A stretch of 64,000 nt of DNA from Rotaria socialis (Eukaryota): positions 1 to 64,000 of the forward strand of contig CAJNYD010000069.1 in NCBI GenBank assembly GCA_905331295.1, in the 5' to 3' direction. Numbering within the stretch: the stretch's first letter is position 1; each line of letters begins with the position of its first letter. This document shows, one piece after another, positions 40,169-53,412 of the stretch. Position numbers and translations under genes: made by a program. The notes beneath the pieces were generated by a model. The model was not told where the DNA came from. It worked only from the letters and a program-made list of their open reading frames with translations, and did not search any database.

Positions 40169-41833
40169 TAATATAATCCATTTGTTATTCATTTATGATT
40201 TGAGAATTTTTCTTGAAAATAAAACTCAAGTTTATGTCCAATCATTCTCAATTTTAATACATGAGTCATGTTATGTACATAGACTGAAACTCACTTTTGA
40301 AACCACATTATCCAGAATTAGTATTGTTTGAACATTGATAAGACGAAAATGATGATATAATATATCATTTCAATGGGTTGAAGCTCGAGTTAATACATAC
40401 TCAATTATCCCTGTACTAGTGTACATGAAATATTATAGTAATGAGCTATTTCATAACTATCATCGGATAAAATTTCTGCTATCCAATAGAAACAATGAAT
40501 ATTATGAGAGAACATCTAAAACTAAATATTTTATGAAACATTCATTTATGCTAAGTAAAAGAAATACATTCTGACACTTTTAACGAAAGTTAAATTACAA
40601 ACGAAGAGTTTTGATGAAAGTTTTTGAAAAATAATTATCAACAAGTAAACATTTAAGACAACTGTAAAGTTTTCCACTGATGTATACCTTCGATTTCAAT
40701 ACTTGTATACGTAGATAAAAGCCCTGAAAGACTTTGGTCATTTATTACTTTAAAATAAGTAATTTAGTATGCACATGTATAGAGCTCAAATCCAGTCAGC
40801 GTTTTTGGTATATCCCTATTGTTAAATTCAATGAAAAACAACATGTAGTTAAATGACAATAGTTATTAAATCAGATAAAAATAAAATATATTCACCTCAT
40901 CGATGTAAAACAAATTCATTCATTACCAGTAGCAGTAAAACACAGACAACTATTAGTACTGTATCTTCAAGCTGATTAGTGACTGCAGGATTATTATGTC
41001 GATTGTTCCTTTCTATCCCAGTTTTTTGTGAAAGAAGATTCACTGTATATATATTTTAGCTGCATTGACATCAAATAATAATCAATATATGATTGACCCT
41101 GAACAAAATGAAATATAAAATCCTATTGAGACAAATACCAATTCCTTACTTACCTTTAACGAAGAAATATCACTTGTCACTAGTTATAATATTTGATTGA
41201 ATATCTTCAAGATTCTTTTTGAGATATAGAGAAGTTAGTTAAGGTCTTCTTTCGTTTATCATTTGTTTTCTATTGGATCTGATGAGATTATTAAACTATC
41301 AGTGTATTAAATGTTCTAATGCATCTCTCATAAAATAATAAAATGGCGAAAATAACTTTAGTTCATTATTACGTACATAATCGAGACTAAAATCCAAAAG
41401 ATTTATTCAATGGAGTTGAAAATTGCTAGATAATTTTTATTCCACTTTTTTGTCGTTTAATTCTAGTCGATTCTTCCATGACCATCGATAACCTATCACT
41501 ATAAGACCGGCTTTTGCAATATCGAATTATATCAGCGGTAGCACAATCACTATTATACGTCATGGGAGTTGTTAAACTTTACTGATGATATAATTCAATT
41601 GTAAAGGAACGACCTCTATGAACACGTCATACTCACAATAGTATGGACTTGCTTGCTTGCTTACTTACTTGTTTGGACTATTGATGATAGGCTGAAAATA
41701 TTTCTCCTTGATTCGTTCTTTAAACGTAGTCTGATGCAATCGATTTTTTTTATCAGTACCATTTCTTCTGTAAAATCATGCAATACTTCTAGAATATATA
41801 CTTATTGTAGATAATTAAATCAAAATCCAAAGC

Positions 41834-44800
41834 ATGGCAACGTCAAAGGTATCAACCGCTGTTGATGCAGCTGATGGAGTATCAACGGAGAAACGTTCAA
41901 CAGTCAAACTTGATACTATTCGAAATATTGAAAAGCAAATGCAAAAATTATGGGCTGATTTAAAAATATTTGAAGTCGATGCACCTGGTCATCCTACTAA
42001 AAAGTAAAATCGAGCTATTTAAATTGTTAAAATGAAATATCTGGTTTTGTTGTAGTTCGAATACATATTTGGTAACATTTCCCTATCCATATATGAATGG
42101 TCGGCTTCATTTAGGACATACATTTTCATTGTCGAAATGCGAGGTTCGATATCTACTCTTTTACTTTCTATTTTTCTTTGCATAGATATTTTCGGTTGTT
42201 TCTTGTTAGTTCGCAGTTGGTTTTCAACGTCTCCGTGGAAAACATTGTCTATTTCCATTTGGATTTCATTGTACAGGCATGCCTATTCGAGTAGGTTCAT
42301 TTCAATGACAATAATATTTTGTTAAAAGCTTTTTTAATTGCACAGGCTGCTGCCGATAAATTGAAACGTGAAATGGAAGATTTTGGATTTCCACCGAAAT
42401 TTCCTACTGATACAAATGAAGAAAATGAAGAAGAAAAGGCAGCAGCAACAACAAATGAAAGTGAAAGTAGTAAAGTTGATAATAAATCAAAGAGCAAGAA
42501 GGTATATCTCATCGTGCACAGTAGGATAAAAACTTTTAATCTGTTTCTTGCCTTCGAATAGGGTAAAGCAACAGCTAAGAGTGGTGGTGAAAAATATCAA
42601 TGGCAAATAATGCGTAGTTTGGGAATCGACGACGATGATGAAATTCGGCGATTTGCTGATCCACAATATTGGATTTCTTATTTTCCACCTCGTGGCAAAC
42701 GTGATCTCGAAATGATGGGCTTAAAAGTAAATCATAGTTTCATTTTTTTTTTGGTTCGTTTAATGTTATTAGCGTTCATATTCTATAGGTTGATTGGCGT
42801 CGTTCATTCGTAACAACTGATATTAATCCATTCTATGATTCATTTGTCCGTTGGCAATTTCATCATTTAAAAGAAGGTGGTAAAATTCAATTTGGTAAAC
42901 GGTAAATAGAAAAATCTTTCTATATTCAATAACCATAACTTGATTTTTTTTCTTAAAGTTATACAATTTATTCACCGAAAGATGATCAACCATGTATGGA
43001 TCATGATCGTAGTAGTGGCGAAGGTGTTGCTCCACAAGAATATACATTAATTAAACTTCGTATTCATGATGACCATATACCAGAAAAATTAAAATCTCAT
43101 GTAACATCATCGACAACTGGCGTTTATCTAGCTGCTGCTACTCTTCGACCAGAAACAATGTATGGCCAAACAAATTGTTGGCTTCATCCAGATATTCGTT
43201 ATATAGCGTTTGAAACACGTTCACACGGTATTCTTATATGCACACGACGTGCAGCTCGAAACATGGCTTATCAAGAATATACAGCTGTCTGTGGTCAATA
43301 TACTGTCTTAGCTGAATTTCTAGGTTCTGAATTATTCGGACTACCATTACATGCACCACTTTCGCATTATGAAACAGTTTATGTATTGCCAATGATGACA
43401 ATTAAAGAAGATAAAGGTACGGGTGTTGTTACATCAGTACCAAGTGATTCACCAGATGATTATGCCGCTTTAATGGATATTAAAAATAAGGTAAAAGACA
43501 AAAGACAATTCTATTTTGTTTTGTTTTGTCTTTCTGTTCACTAAAAAAACAATTTTTCTTTTCTTCTTTCATAAAAGGTGAATTTACGAGACAAATATAA
43601 TATTAAAGAGTCCATGGTATTACCATATGATCCTGTACCAATTATTGAACTTGAACCGTATGGTCGTCTTGCAGCACCTGCCATCTGTAGTCAAATGAAA
43701 ATTCAATCGCAAAATGATCGAGATAAACTATTGGAAGCAAAGGAGAAAATTTATACAAAATCATTTTATGACGGTATACTTGTAGTTGGCAAATATGCAA
43801 ATACGAAAGTATGTGATGCAAAAAAACTTGTTCGTGATGATTTAATCACAAATGGCCAAGCGTGTGCTTATTATGAACCAGAAGGAAAAGTTATGTCTCG
43901 ATCAAATGATGAATGTGTTGTAGCTCTTGTTGATCAATGGTTTCTTGATTATGGTAATGAAAAATGGAAACAAGAAGCTAAACACGCATTAGATAAACTG
44001 AATGTTTATCATACGGAAACACGTAATCAATTTGACGCTGTCTTAGGTTGGTTACATGAACATGCATGTTCACGTTCATATGGTCTTGGAACAAAGCTAC
44101 CTTGGGATGAACAATATTTAATTGAATCATTATCTGATTCAACTATTTATATGGCTTATTATACTGTAGCTCATCTCTTACAAGCACGAGATTCTTTTAG
44201 CGGTGAAAAATTAGGTATAAATTATTGAAAATGAATTTTTCTCAACATACACTGATGGTTAATTTGAATTTTAGGTCCAGCAAATATTCTTCCATCTCAA
44301 TTAACAATTGCAGTTTGGGATTATATATTTTTTCCTGACAAACCTTATCCATCGTCAACAACAGATATTCCTCACGCAACACTTGACCATCTTCGTAATG
44401 AATTTCAATATTGGTATCCAGTTGATTTACGTTCCAGTGGAAAAGATTTAATCCCAAATCATCTTACTTATTCCATATATAATCATACGGCAATTTGGCC
44501 TAATAATCCTGAATTTTGGCCACGTTCATTTCGTGCTAATGGGCATTTATTATTAAATTCAGAAAAAATGTCTAAATCAACTGGCAACTTTCTAACATTA
44601 GTACAAGCGATTGAAAAGTTTTCCGCTGATGGTTCGTTATTGGTTTTATCTATGAAATTTTAAAAAATATTTAACCAAAAATCGTATTCTTTATAATATA
44701 GGTATGCGTTTGACACTAGCCGATGCTGGTGATTCAATTGAAGATGCAAATTTTGAAGAAGAAATGGCTCAAGCACAACTTCTACGTCTATATACATTTA

Positions 44801-46705
44801 TTGAATGGGTTAAAGAAATACTTAATATCAATCCAGTAGATACTGAAGAAGAAAATGATTCAAAACATGCATCAGAAGAGAATTCAACTATGGTTTCATC
44901 GGTTATTAATTGGGTCAAAGATAAATTACATCTTTCGACCAGTTCAGATAATACAGATGAAGAATTTACGAAACAACAAAAATCTCACTATCGAATAGAT
45001 ACGAAATATAATTATTATGATCTTGTATTTGAATCTGAAATAAATCGTACAATTCAATTAACACAAGAAAGTTATGAAAAAATGCTCTATAAAGATGTTC
45101 TTAAGTATGGCTTTTTCGCATTACAAATTGCACGTGATAATTATCGAGAATTATGTTCAGAATCTGAACAAATGAATTTACGTTTAATTAAACGTTTTAT
45201 TGAAGTACAAGCTATCTTATTATCACCTATTTGTCCACATATTTGTGATTATGTTTATCAATTTCTTCATCCTGGAACAACCATTATGAATGCTAAATGG
45301 CCAACAGCTGGTAAGAAATGATTTCATACAAGAAAAAAGAAATTAATTTATAATTGTCAACGTAAAAATTATTATTAAGCCACGAGATTAAAAAATACTA
45401 TCGAAGATAGGAAGTGACTGGTGTACACGGTCACCATATTTGATTCTTCTCTTTGTGTATATTTGTTCTCTAGTATTACATAGATCAATGCGTATTTAAA
45501 TTAATATCAAATATATTTTATTAATCCTTTGCTCATACCATGTTTACGTTAGTGTTGACCATTAAGATTTCGATTGACTTTGATTCGATTGAAATACTTG
45601 AGTCAATTCAATAAAATTGACAATCGCTTCTAGTCATCTGTAATTGATTTAAGAGTAAAAAAATTCTAGTCAAACAAATAGAAAATTCTTATTTACTAAT
45701 GAAATGGAAAAAAAGGAAGATTGATCCCTTTCAAAAAGAATGTTAGTCTTGCTTTTAGATTTTTGGAATTAAATTTTGAGAGTTATTTCATAAGACTTTG
45801 TTTCTATTATCATAGGTAAAGTCGATCAATCGTTGATTGATTCATGCAATTATTTAATGAATACTGCTCATGATTTTCGCCTTCGTCTTAAATCTTATTC
45901 AACTCAACAAGTAGGTGGTAAATCGAAAGGAGTAAAAACTCAACCACCATTGCCACCAACACATGCAGCAATCCATGTTGCACGTTCATATCCATCATGG
46001 CAAACATTTGTTATTAACGAATTAAAAAAATTGTATCTCGCAAACAATCATTCATTACCTGATAGTAAACAATTAGCAGTTCATTTTAAAGATCGTCCAG
46101 AAATCGATAAGAAATATCAAAAAAAACTAATGCCGTTTGTTATTTATTCAAAAGATCTATTAGAAAAAAGTCGAAATGTATCAGCATTAGATCAACATTT
46201 ATCATTTGATGAATATCAAGTTTTACAATTTAATCAAGATTATCTTCGACGTGCACTTAATGTGGAACAAATTGAAATTCATTTAACGGATGGTAATGAT
46301 AACGAGACAGCAGGAGTATCTACTGTAGAAGATATTATACCTGGTAAACCACTTGTACACTTTCGTCATGAAGCATCCGTAACAATACGTTTGATTAATC
46401 GTCAACCATATACATCGAATTTTGAATGGTCTCTACCAATAATGAATGGTGATACAATTGAACAATTAGAATCACGGTTAAGACGAAATGGTGATCGCCA
46501 ATTAAAACTAAGTAAAACTATTCGTCTATTTTATTATCAAAATTGGGAATTTTATACGAGATCAATACCCAGTATGGAAACACCATTAAAAGGTCTTGTC
46601 GAATTTCAAAATAAAGATCAAATATTGCAAATTGATTCAATTCATGGCACTGTGGTTGTAGGTGAACAAGATATTGGCAATATTTTAGTTTATTTGGTTG
46701 AATGA
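41834..46705 (+). CDS. LARS1: Cytoplasmic leucyl-tRNA synthetase, about 11 exons
   Basis: [14 protein letters not shown] (HIGH motif), CP1 editing motifs [14 protein letters not shown] and [38 protein letters not shown] 41834, TGA 46705. Confidence 0.97.
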
Positions 46706-46894
46706 TTCCAACTGTTGATCTTCTATGATTGTTTTCTGTTTAAATCATCGAAGTAAAAAAAGATCTTTAAAAGGTTATGCAGTGTGGTGATGTTGACTGT
46801 TTTATTTCAATAAACAAGAAAATAAAAAGAATTTTAATAGACAACATAATGAAACTATTAAATTTTCCTTTTCTTTTACTTTTTTTTCTTGAAG

Positions 46895-47992
46895 ATGACA
46901 CTAACAGAGTCCAATGCCTTTATTTCCATGTCTTCTAGTGCCGATCAAGATTATCCACCAAGTAATATTCTTGATCCGTAAGTACTGTATCTTTCGAAAT
47001 AGCAAATATTAGTGATAGTTTATTGCAGTGCAGCTTAGCTGAAAACTTACGGATGTCATTTATTCTTACGTCTGATGTTTACAAAATGAGAAAAAAGATT
47101 TTAGTGATCATAAAACAAATCGAAATCAATATATTAAACAAAAATTGAAAAGTTTGGTTTTACTAATAATTGATACATAAACATGTTTAAATACAGAATT
47201 AGTGTAGCAGCTTTCATCCATTACAGATTGGTCGAAACTAAAATAATGATAGAAGCGTTTGAAACAAAGATATGTTGTATATTCCACTTTTTGTTTTTTG
47301 ATCTATAACTTTTTTCGTGAAATAATATAATTAGCATAAAGCATATTATTCTAGTTACTGAGAAAAAAAACTGCAAAAGAGCCGTACACACGGCACCTAT
47401 TTTTTGTTTTCATAGTAAAATAAATAGCATTTCTTACGAATGAACATATTCCAAGAGTCATAATTTACGAAACAGTTTACTATAATTTATTTTTGTATGA
47501 ATTTCTTTTTAATTAGAAGTGATAATGTCTTTTGGATGACCACAGGTTTATATCCGCAAGAATTTATTATTACATTTAAAGAACCAATTGAATTTCGGCA
47601 ACTACGATTTGTAACAGCTAATGGTACATAATGAAAAGCAAATCTTTTTTTTCCATTATAATTGTTCATTACTTGAACTTTGTAAACATTTTAGTCAAAC
47701 GATTTGTTATGTTTACTACGAGCAATACTGAACCAAGAAGTTTCGATACTATTCTCGAAAAAAGTAATGCACAATTAAATGTTTGTTTGTTACATTGCAA
47801 GATAATTTTCTGTTCGAATTTTTAGCTATACCCAATAATGAGAATGCTCTTCAAGTCAATGAATATACATTAGATCGTTCAATGGAAGTTCGCTATTTAA
47901 AATGTGTAATTCTCGCTGGTTATGATAGCTTTGCAAGTGTACATTCACTTAAATTCGACGCAGGCAAGACGCGTTCCGGAAAAAAATATTAA
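46895..47992 (+). CDS. IFT25: Intraflagellar transport protein 25 (HSPB11), 4 exons
   Basis: Spliced product SSSADQDYPPSNILDP|SDNVFWMTTGLYPQEFIITF...EPRSFD...RYLKCVILAGYDSFASVHSL matches the IFT25 motifs PPxNI, FWxTTGxxPQEF and FASVHS. Confidence 0.9.
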
Positions 47993-48291
47993 CAGGAAGA
48001 AATCTAACTCAATGCATATTTAATAATCCGTCCATATTGTAATGTGATCTAAGTTTTCCTTTTTTTCAATCAATAAAAATGAATAACTTCTTAAAAGTAA
48101 AATTAATCGAACAACGGAAATAAACTGCCCCTATAGAAATACATTTCTCTTGCATTCTCTGAAGCAGCCTCTCTTGACCGTTCAAAATTGTTATTAAAAG
48201 AGAAAAAAAATCATTTTCACTTTTGTATTCAAATCAATACTCTCCTTTTTTTTCTTTTCTCTTGTCACCAAAGTTACATGAAGAAACATTC

Positions 48292-49750
48292 ATGCCTATA
48301 CATTGTATTGAGAGCAACGAAAGTATGCACTATTACACTTTGGATTCATTCGTTGATGCGAAACAAATACTAGCAATGGAATTTTTTTATACTTTACCAG
48401 AAAATGGAGGCAAGTCTATTAAATTTTCATCAAGATGCTTTTATAATCAAAATAAAATGTTTATACAGATATACGTGTGAAGAATTGGACATTGATGCAA
48501 GATGTTTTTCCAACTGTTATGATAGCTATTGTCTATATATTTGCTATTATTTTTGGTCGATTATGGATGAAAAATCAAAAGCCTTTTGAATTACGAAATT
48601 TTATGTTTATTTATAATATTTTACAAGTGATATTCTGTTCCTATGTTACCTATGAAGTAGGAAAATCAAAGATCAATTTTTTGCAAAAAAGCAATCTTTT
48701 ACATTTAGTCAGCATATGTATGGTATGAAGAGAGATACAGTTTTCTTTGTCAACCTGTTGATTATTCATATCGAAAAACTGCTATTCGAGTAAGACAAAT
48801 GAATTTGAATGTTTATTAATATTTCAGCTAACTCATTTATGAAACACTCGAGTGAAATATCAGACTTTAATTTTGGTTCTATGATGAAATTGAATATATA
48901 CGACACATCTATGATTTTGTTCACAATTTATTTAAATCCAATATGAATAGTAGAAATAAATATTTGTTCTCTTATTTTCAAAGGCTTGCGCAGCATGTTG
49001 GTGGTATTATATTCTGAAAATAGCCGATTTAACTGATACAGTAAGTGAAAAGAATGAAATTTAAAAACTAAACTTTTTTTAATCACAAATATTTTATGGT
49101 TAGATTATTTTCGTATTACGAAAAAAAGATAATCAAATAACATTTTTACATGTTTATCATCATCTTACGATGCTATTTTTCTCATGGTACGGAGGAAAAT
49201 ATGTTGCTGGCGGCCAATGTAAGTAGTCAAAATGATGAATACAAACATTTATTTTCGATATAGACTTTCGATAGTAATTATTAATAAAAATGTCTTTGCA
49301 TTTTAAACGACTTTTTTATCTAAAAATTTTTTATGTTTACTAATTTTGTTTATTTGAATATTTATATTTGTTTTTTTTTTACGTTTTTTAGCAATATTCA
49401 TATCGATTTTAAATTCTTTCATTCATATTATTATGTATGCTTATTATGGTTTAAGTGCCTGTGGATCTCATATTCAAAAATATCTTTGGTGGAAACGTTA
49501 TTTAACACAGGCACAAATTGTAAGTGACTTATCGTAATTTAATGTTTAATTATAGAAACAATTTTATTTTAAATAGATTCAATTTATTGCAGTAATTCTT
49601 CATTCAAGTATTAATTTACTGACGCCATGCAATTTTCCAAAAATCTTTGATGTTGCATTCTTAGTCTATGGCATGTCCATATTGTTACTGTTCTCTAATT
49701 TTTACTTACAAAATTATATAAAGAAAGGAAAAGATAAAAAAACAACGTGA
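48292..49750 (+). CDS. ELOVL: Very-long-chain fatty acid elongase (ELOVL/GNS1-SUR4 family), 7 exons
   Basis: [78 protein letters not shown]-terminal KKTT ER-retrieval motif. Confidence 0.95.
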
Positions 49751-49806
49751 ATCAAGCTTGAATGAAGATGAACTTTCTATTGTTGCATTTCTTTATTAGA
49801 AAAACA

Positions 49807-49849
49807 ATTGTTTGTTTGTTTGTTTGTTGGTTTGTTGGTTTGTTGGTTG
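49807..49849 (+). repeat. (TTTG)n-like microsatellite
   Basis: ttgtttgtttgtttgtttgttggtttgttggtttgttggttg. Confidence 0.75.
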
Positions 49850-52194
49850 AATAGGAAAAATCTCGAAAAATAAAATAAAATAAAAAATACTTTCACGTAT
49901 ATAAAATGGAGAAAGATATCAGTTTTATACAATTGAGAAAACTTTTGCAGCTGATAAACAGAATATCTTAATGAAAAAAGGTTTTTGAACGTTTCAGCCA
50001 TACATTCTAATATGTTATATCATGTTTTAGTGAAACACTCCTGATGTTGAGTATATCGATTACCACTACAGCAACAATACATTAATCCAATTTCAATCAC
50101 GCATGCCGATATGTAAGACAATGGTAATGCAACTGAATCTTGAGGGTGTGAATGCAAAATAGTTGTAACTTGAAGTCACGTGTTACTTAATTAAATATTA
50201 AAAAATTGAATCGATATTACATGATAGTCTTCTCGGTGTTATCACTTACAAAATGTATATAATTCAATAAAAGAAAAACTATGCAATACCTAATAGGACA
50301 ATGTGATTTATCGAAATCACTCTAATCCATTTTCAGACATAAAACATAATTTATCTTTCATTACACTATGAGCTATAAGAATATTCATCGAAATTAATAA
50401 AAACAAATCGGAGATGTGCTTGAAATGATTATGATACGACGCAATTTATAGAACTTCAAAAACTTTATATTTATAAATATTTGAATATGAGAGTTATATA
50501 TTAATTTTCAAGTTTATACCTGTTAAACTTTACAATTTATTGTGTTTCTAATTAAACTGAATAGAAAAAGTTACAAGCATCCTGATAAGAATAATAATTC
50601 TGAAGAGAAATTGAAAATTCTCAAATGATGATTTCTCTCACCCAAGAAATAATCATAAAAAGTTGGAGTCAATTGATATCATCTATTATTTTTCCAAATC
50701 ATATGACTTTTACTGATTGGAATACTTTCAATTAGCAAATAATTCCTGTTTCTGATAAAAAGACAACCAAAGAATTCATTTTCCTTAAAATTAATAATGA
50801 CAATTTTCAATCAGAAACGAAATATTCAAATAAAATTTTTCATTCAGCAAAATCAATCAATCTTTACAGTTGAAGTAATGGCAGAAAATTGGATGGCACG
50901 ATCAATAATTAAAAATATACTACTACTGTGACTAAACTCTAAGAAAATTTTTTTCAATATATAGATGAAATTTACTTGCAAAAAGTCATTATTGCTGACT
51001 TCAACATTAATAAATCGGTCAGATAGCCTGGCAGTCAATGATTTGGAAAAAATTGTTCATATCCTATTCTTAGAAAGGTAGTTGAACGTTAGCGACAGAA
51101 CTACGATATTGAACATCGTTTTCTAGCTCGTTCGAAACCCGAACTATCTATCACTGTTGATCAAAACATTGACTTTGATCCTTTTTGTTCAATATGCTCA
51201 AACAACTTGTCAAGCATGAACTCCGAGCATATTTTAGTTACTGGTTAATATTCATTTCAAAAATGACAATTTGTTTTATCAATGATTTCGATAAATGATT
51301 AATAGAATCTTGTTTTTATTATGTTTAATGGCGGTTTTCATATTATCTTATGTTAATGGTAGAAAAACTGCAAAATCGAACTTTCCTTAGACATTCATCC
51401 ATTGAACTTTATTTAGAGGAACAGATTTTTCTCTGATTCCAACAAAGCATAAATACGATAATTCTTAGTGTAATTCTGAAAATATAAAATCAAACAATTT
51501 CCGTATTAAGGATTAATCTTTTTTCGCATATACTCTTTTATAATTAGTTACTGAATAAACTATTATTCTATTGCATAACTCATCATAACGAAAATCTTGG
51601 CTACATACTTCATTCATCTCTATCCATAAAATCGTTGTCGTCTTCATACTTGACTCGCTCTGACTACTTATTACGCTATCTTTAGTTTCTATACATTATA
51701 GCTATCTTCTATTGTTTTAAACACTTCTCCGCATGGTATCATCTCTTTTTCATTATATACTTATTCGACGATTCCCGTCTCATGTTAACGTAACTAATCT
51801 ATTTCATCACGTACTTTTGCGCAAAATGTTTAGTTGTTCTCGTTCAATGATCATTTGAATGAAAATACAAATATCAAACATACCTGTATGATTGTTTTTT
51901 TGCATGTTTGTACAATCACTCATAAAGTAAATAAGGTAACCTGATACAAAGTAAAACATTTGTGCACAGAAAAAGAATAACTGAAAGAAAAAAAACAGAA
52001 AATTCCTCTGGATACATAAAACGGTGGTACAAAATTCGTTGTGATCGATTCATTTCATCCGGTTTTCATTCTAACAGCTAGTAGTATGCTGTTTCCTATG
52101 CCTAGTGATTATCTTAGTTACCTTGATTTTTTTCATTGAAAACATTTGACTTTCAAATTTATGTTAACTAATAATTAATGAACACAAAGATCCA

Positions 52195-52569
52195 ATGAGT
52201 AATACAAGTATTATTTCAACAATATCTTCAAATGAGAATTTTAAAGTGAAAAGAAAACATAATAGTCAGGAAAATTCATCATGTTGTGCACGATATTGGT
52301 TTATAATAATCACTAGTGTACTTTCACTTTTTCTCGTGATTGCATCAGTTCTATTAACATATACTTTAAATAAGCAAGCTGAACGTGAACAGAAACGTCA
52401 AATTATTAAAAATGAATTTAAACGTAAACACCAAGTGACAAACAAAGTCCTAGATAAGATCATGAAGGATGGACTTGTCTACAAATGGATAAAATCACAG
52501 AAAGGTTCAATTGCAACAACATTTAAAGAATTATTTACAGATATATCTGAAACACTTTTCGATAGTTAA
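52195..52569 (+). CDS. Small single-pass membrane protein, 124 aa, unknown function
   Basis: ATG-initiated intronless ORF. CC motif before a TM helix (WFIIITSVLSLFLVIASVLLTYTL), then a charged helical tail. AATAAA right after the stop. Confidence 0.55.
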   Translation: MSNTSIISTISSNENFKVKRKHNSQENSSCCARYWFIIITSVLSLFLVIASVLLTYTLNKQAEREQKRQIIKNEFKRKHQVTNKVLDKIMKDGLVYKWIKSQKGSIATTFKELFTDISETLFDS

Positions 52570-52742
52570 ATAAAAATCTCAAATGTAATTCTCTCCAAGT
52601 TTGATTTTATTTTTTTACATAAAAAAACCCGCGTGTTGAAAATAGAAATTTATGTCTCATTGTTAGAATTAACAAAAAAACTTTTATTTGTATTCTTATT
52701 CATCTTTCAGTTATCTTTCAAATTAGTCTAGTAAACAAAAAC

Positions 52743-52997
52743 ATGGCCGATGAAGTTTCATTTTCACAACGAAATGCTATGAAATTAATTATAATTGGTT
52801 TTTTAACTATTGTTGCAATCGGAACTTCAGTTACACTTGCCGCAGTACTAATTAAACAATCACAACGACATCGAACATCACTAGAGAAGAAAAATATGTG
52901 GTCCACTCGTCTAAAAGAATGCTCACCAATTTTAAAGGTGGCTGGTCCAATCATTTTACAAATTATCAAAGTAGCAACTTCTATCATATTACTTTAA
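52743..52997 (+). CDS. Small membrane protein, 84 aa, unknown function
   Basis: Strong start context aaaacATGG, TM helix LIIIGFLTIVAIGTSVTLAAVLI and a hydrophobic C-terminal helix. Confidence 0.5.
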   Translation: MADEVSFSQRNAMKLIIIGFLTIVAIGTSVTLAAVLIKQSQRHRTSLEKKNMWSTRLKECSPILKVAGPIILQIIKVATSIILL

Positions 52998-53332
52998 TTC
53001 TTTTCATTAGTGATTCTTTACGCTAAAAGACAAACTTCTAAAAAAAACAAAATTTATGAGCGAATTTAACTTGAGACTGCTGCATTTTTCTTTGTTTGCT
53101 TGCTCCTAGAACGTTAATTTTTGATATTCTAAAAACGCTCTTTGAATCACTTCTTATACTTAAGTTATCAAAAAAGAAATGACATAAACAGTGAATCAAA
53201 AACCACCACAATGAGAAAAAAGAAAATTGAACTGTTACATGAAAAACAAATGTACATATGTTAAACATCTGAAGCTAATGTTGATAAATGTGAATCGTGA
53301 TTTGATGATAGANNNNNNNNNNNNNNNNNNNN

Positions 53333-53412
53333 NNNNNNNNNNNNNNNNNNNNNNNNNNNNNNNNNNNNNNNNNNNNNNNNNNNNNNNNNNNNNNNNNNNN
53401 NNNNNNNNNNNN
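53333..53412. other. Assembly gap (N run)
   Basis: 80 N bases. Confidence 1.

Noticed and set aside
49950..51240. Minus-strand gene between ELOVL and the small membrane ORFs
   Set aside because: Scattered coding-like patches and splice-like sites with stops in all frames. No gene model could be built.
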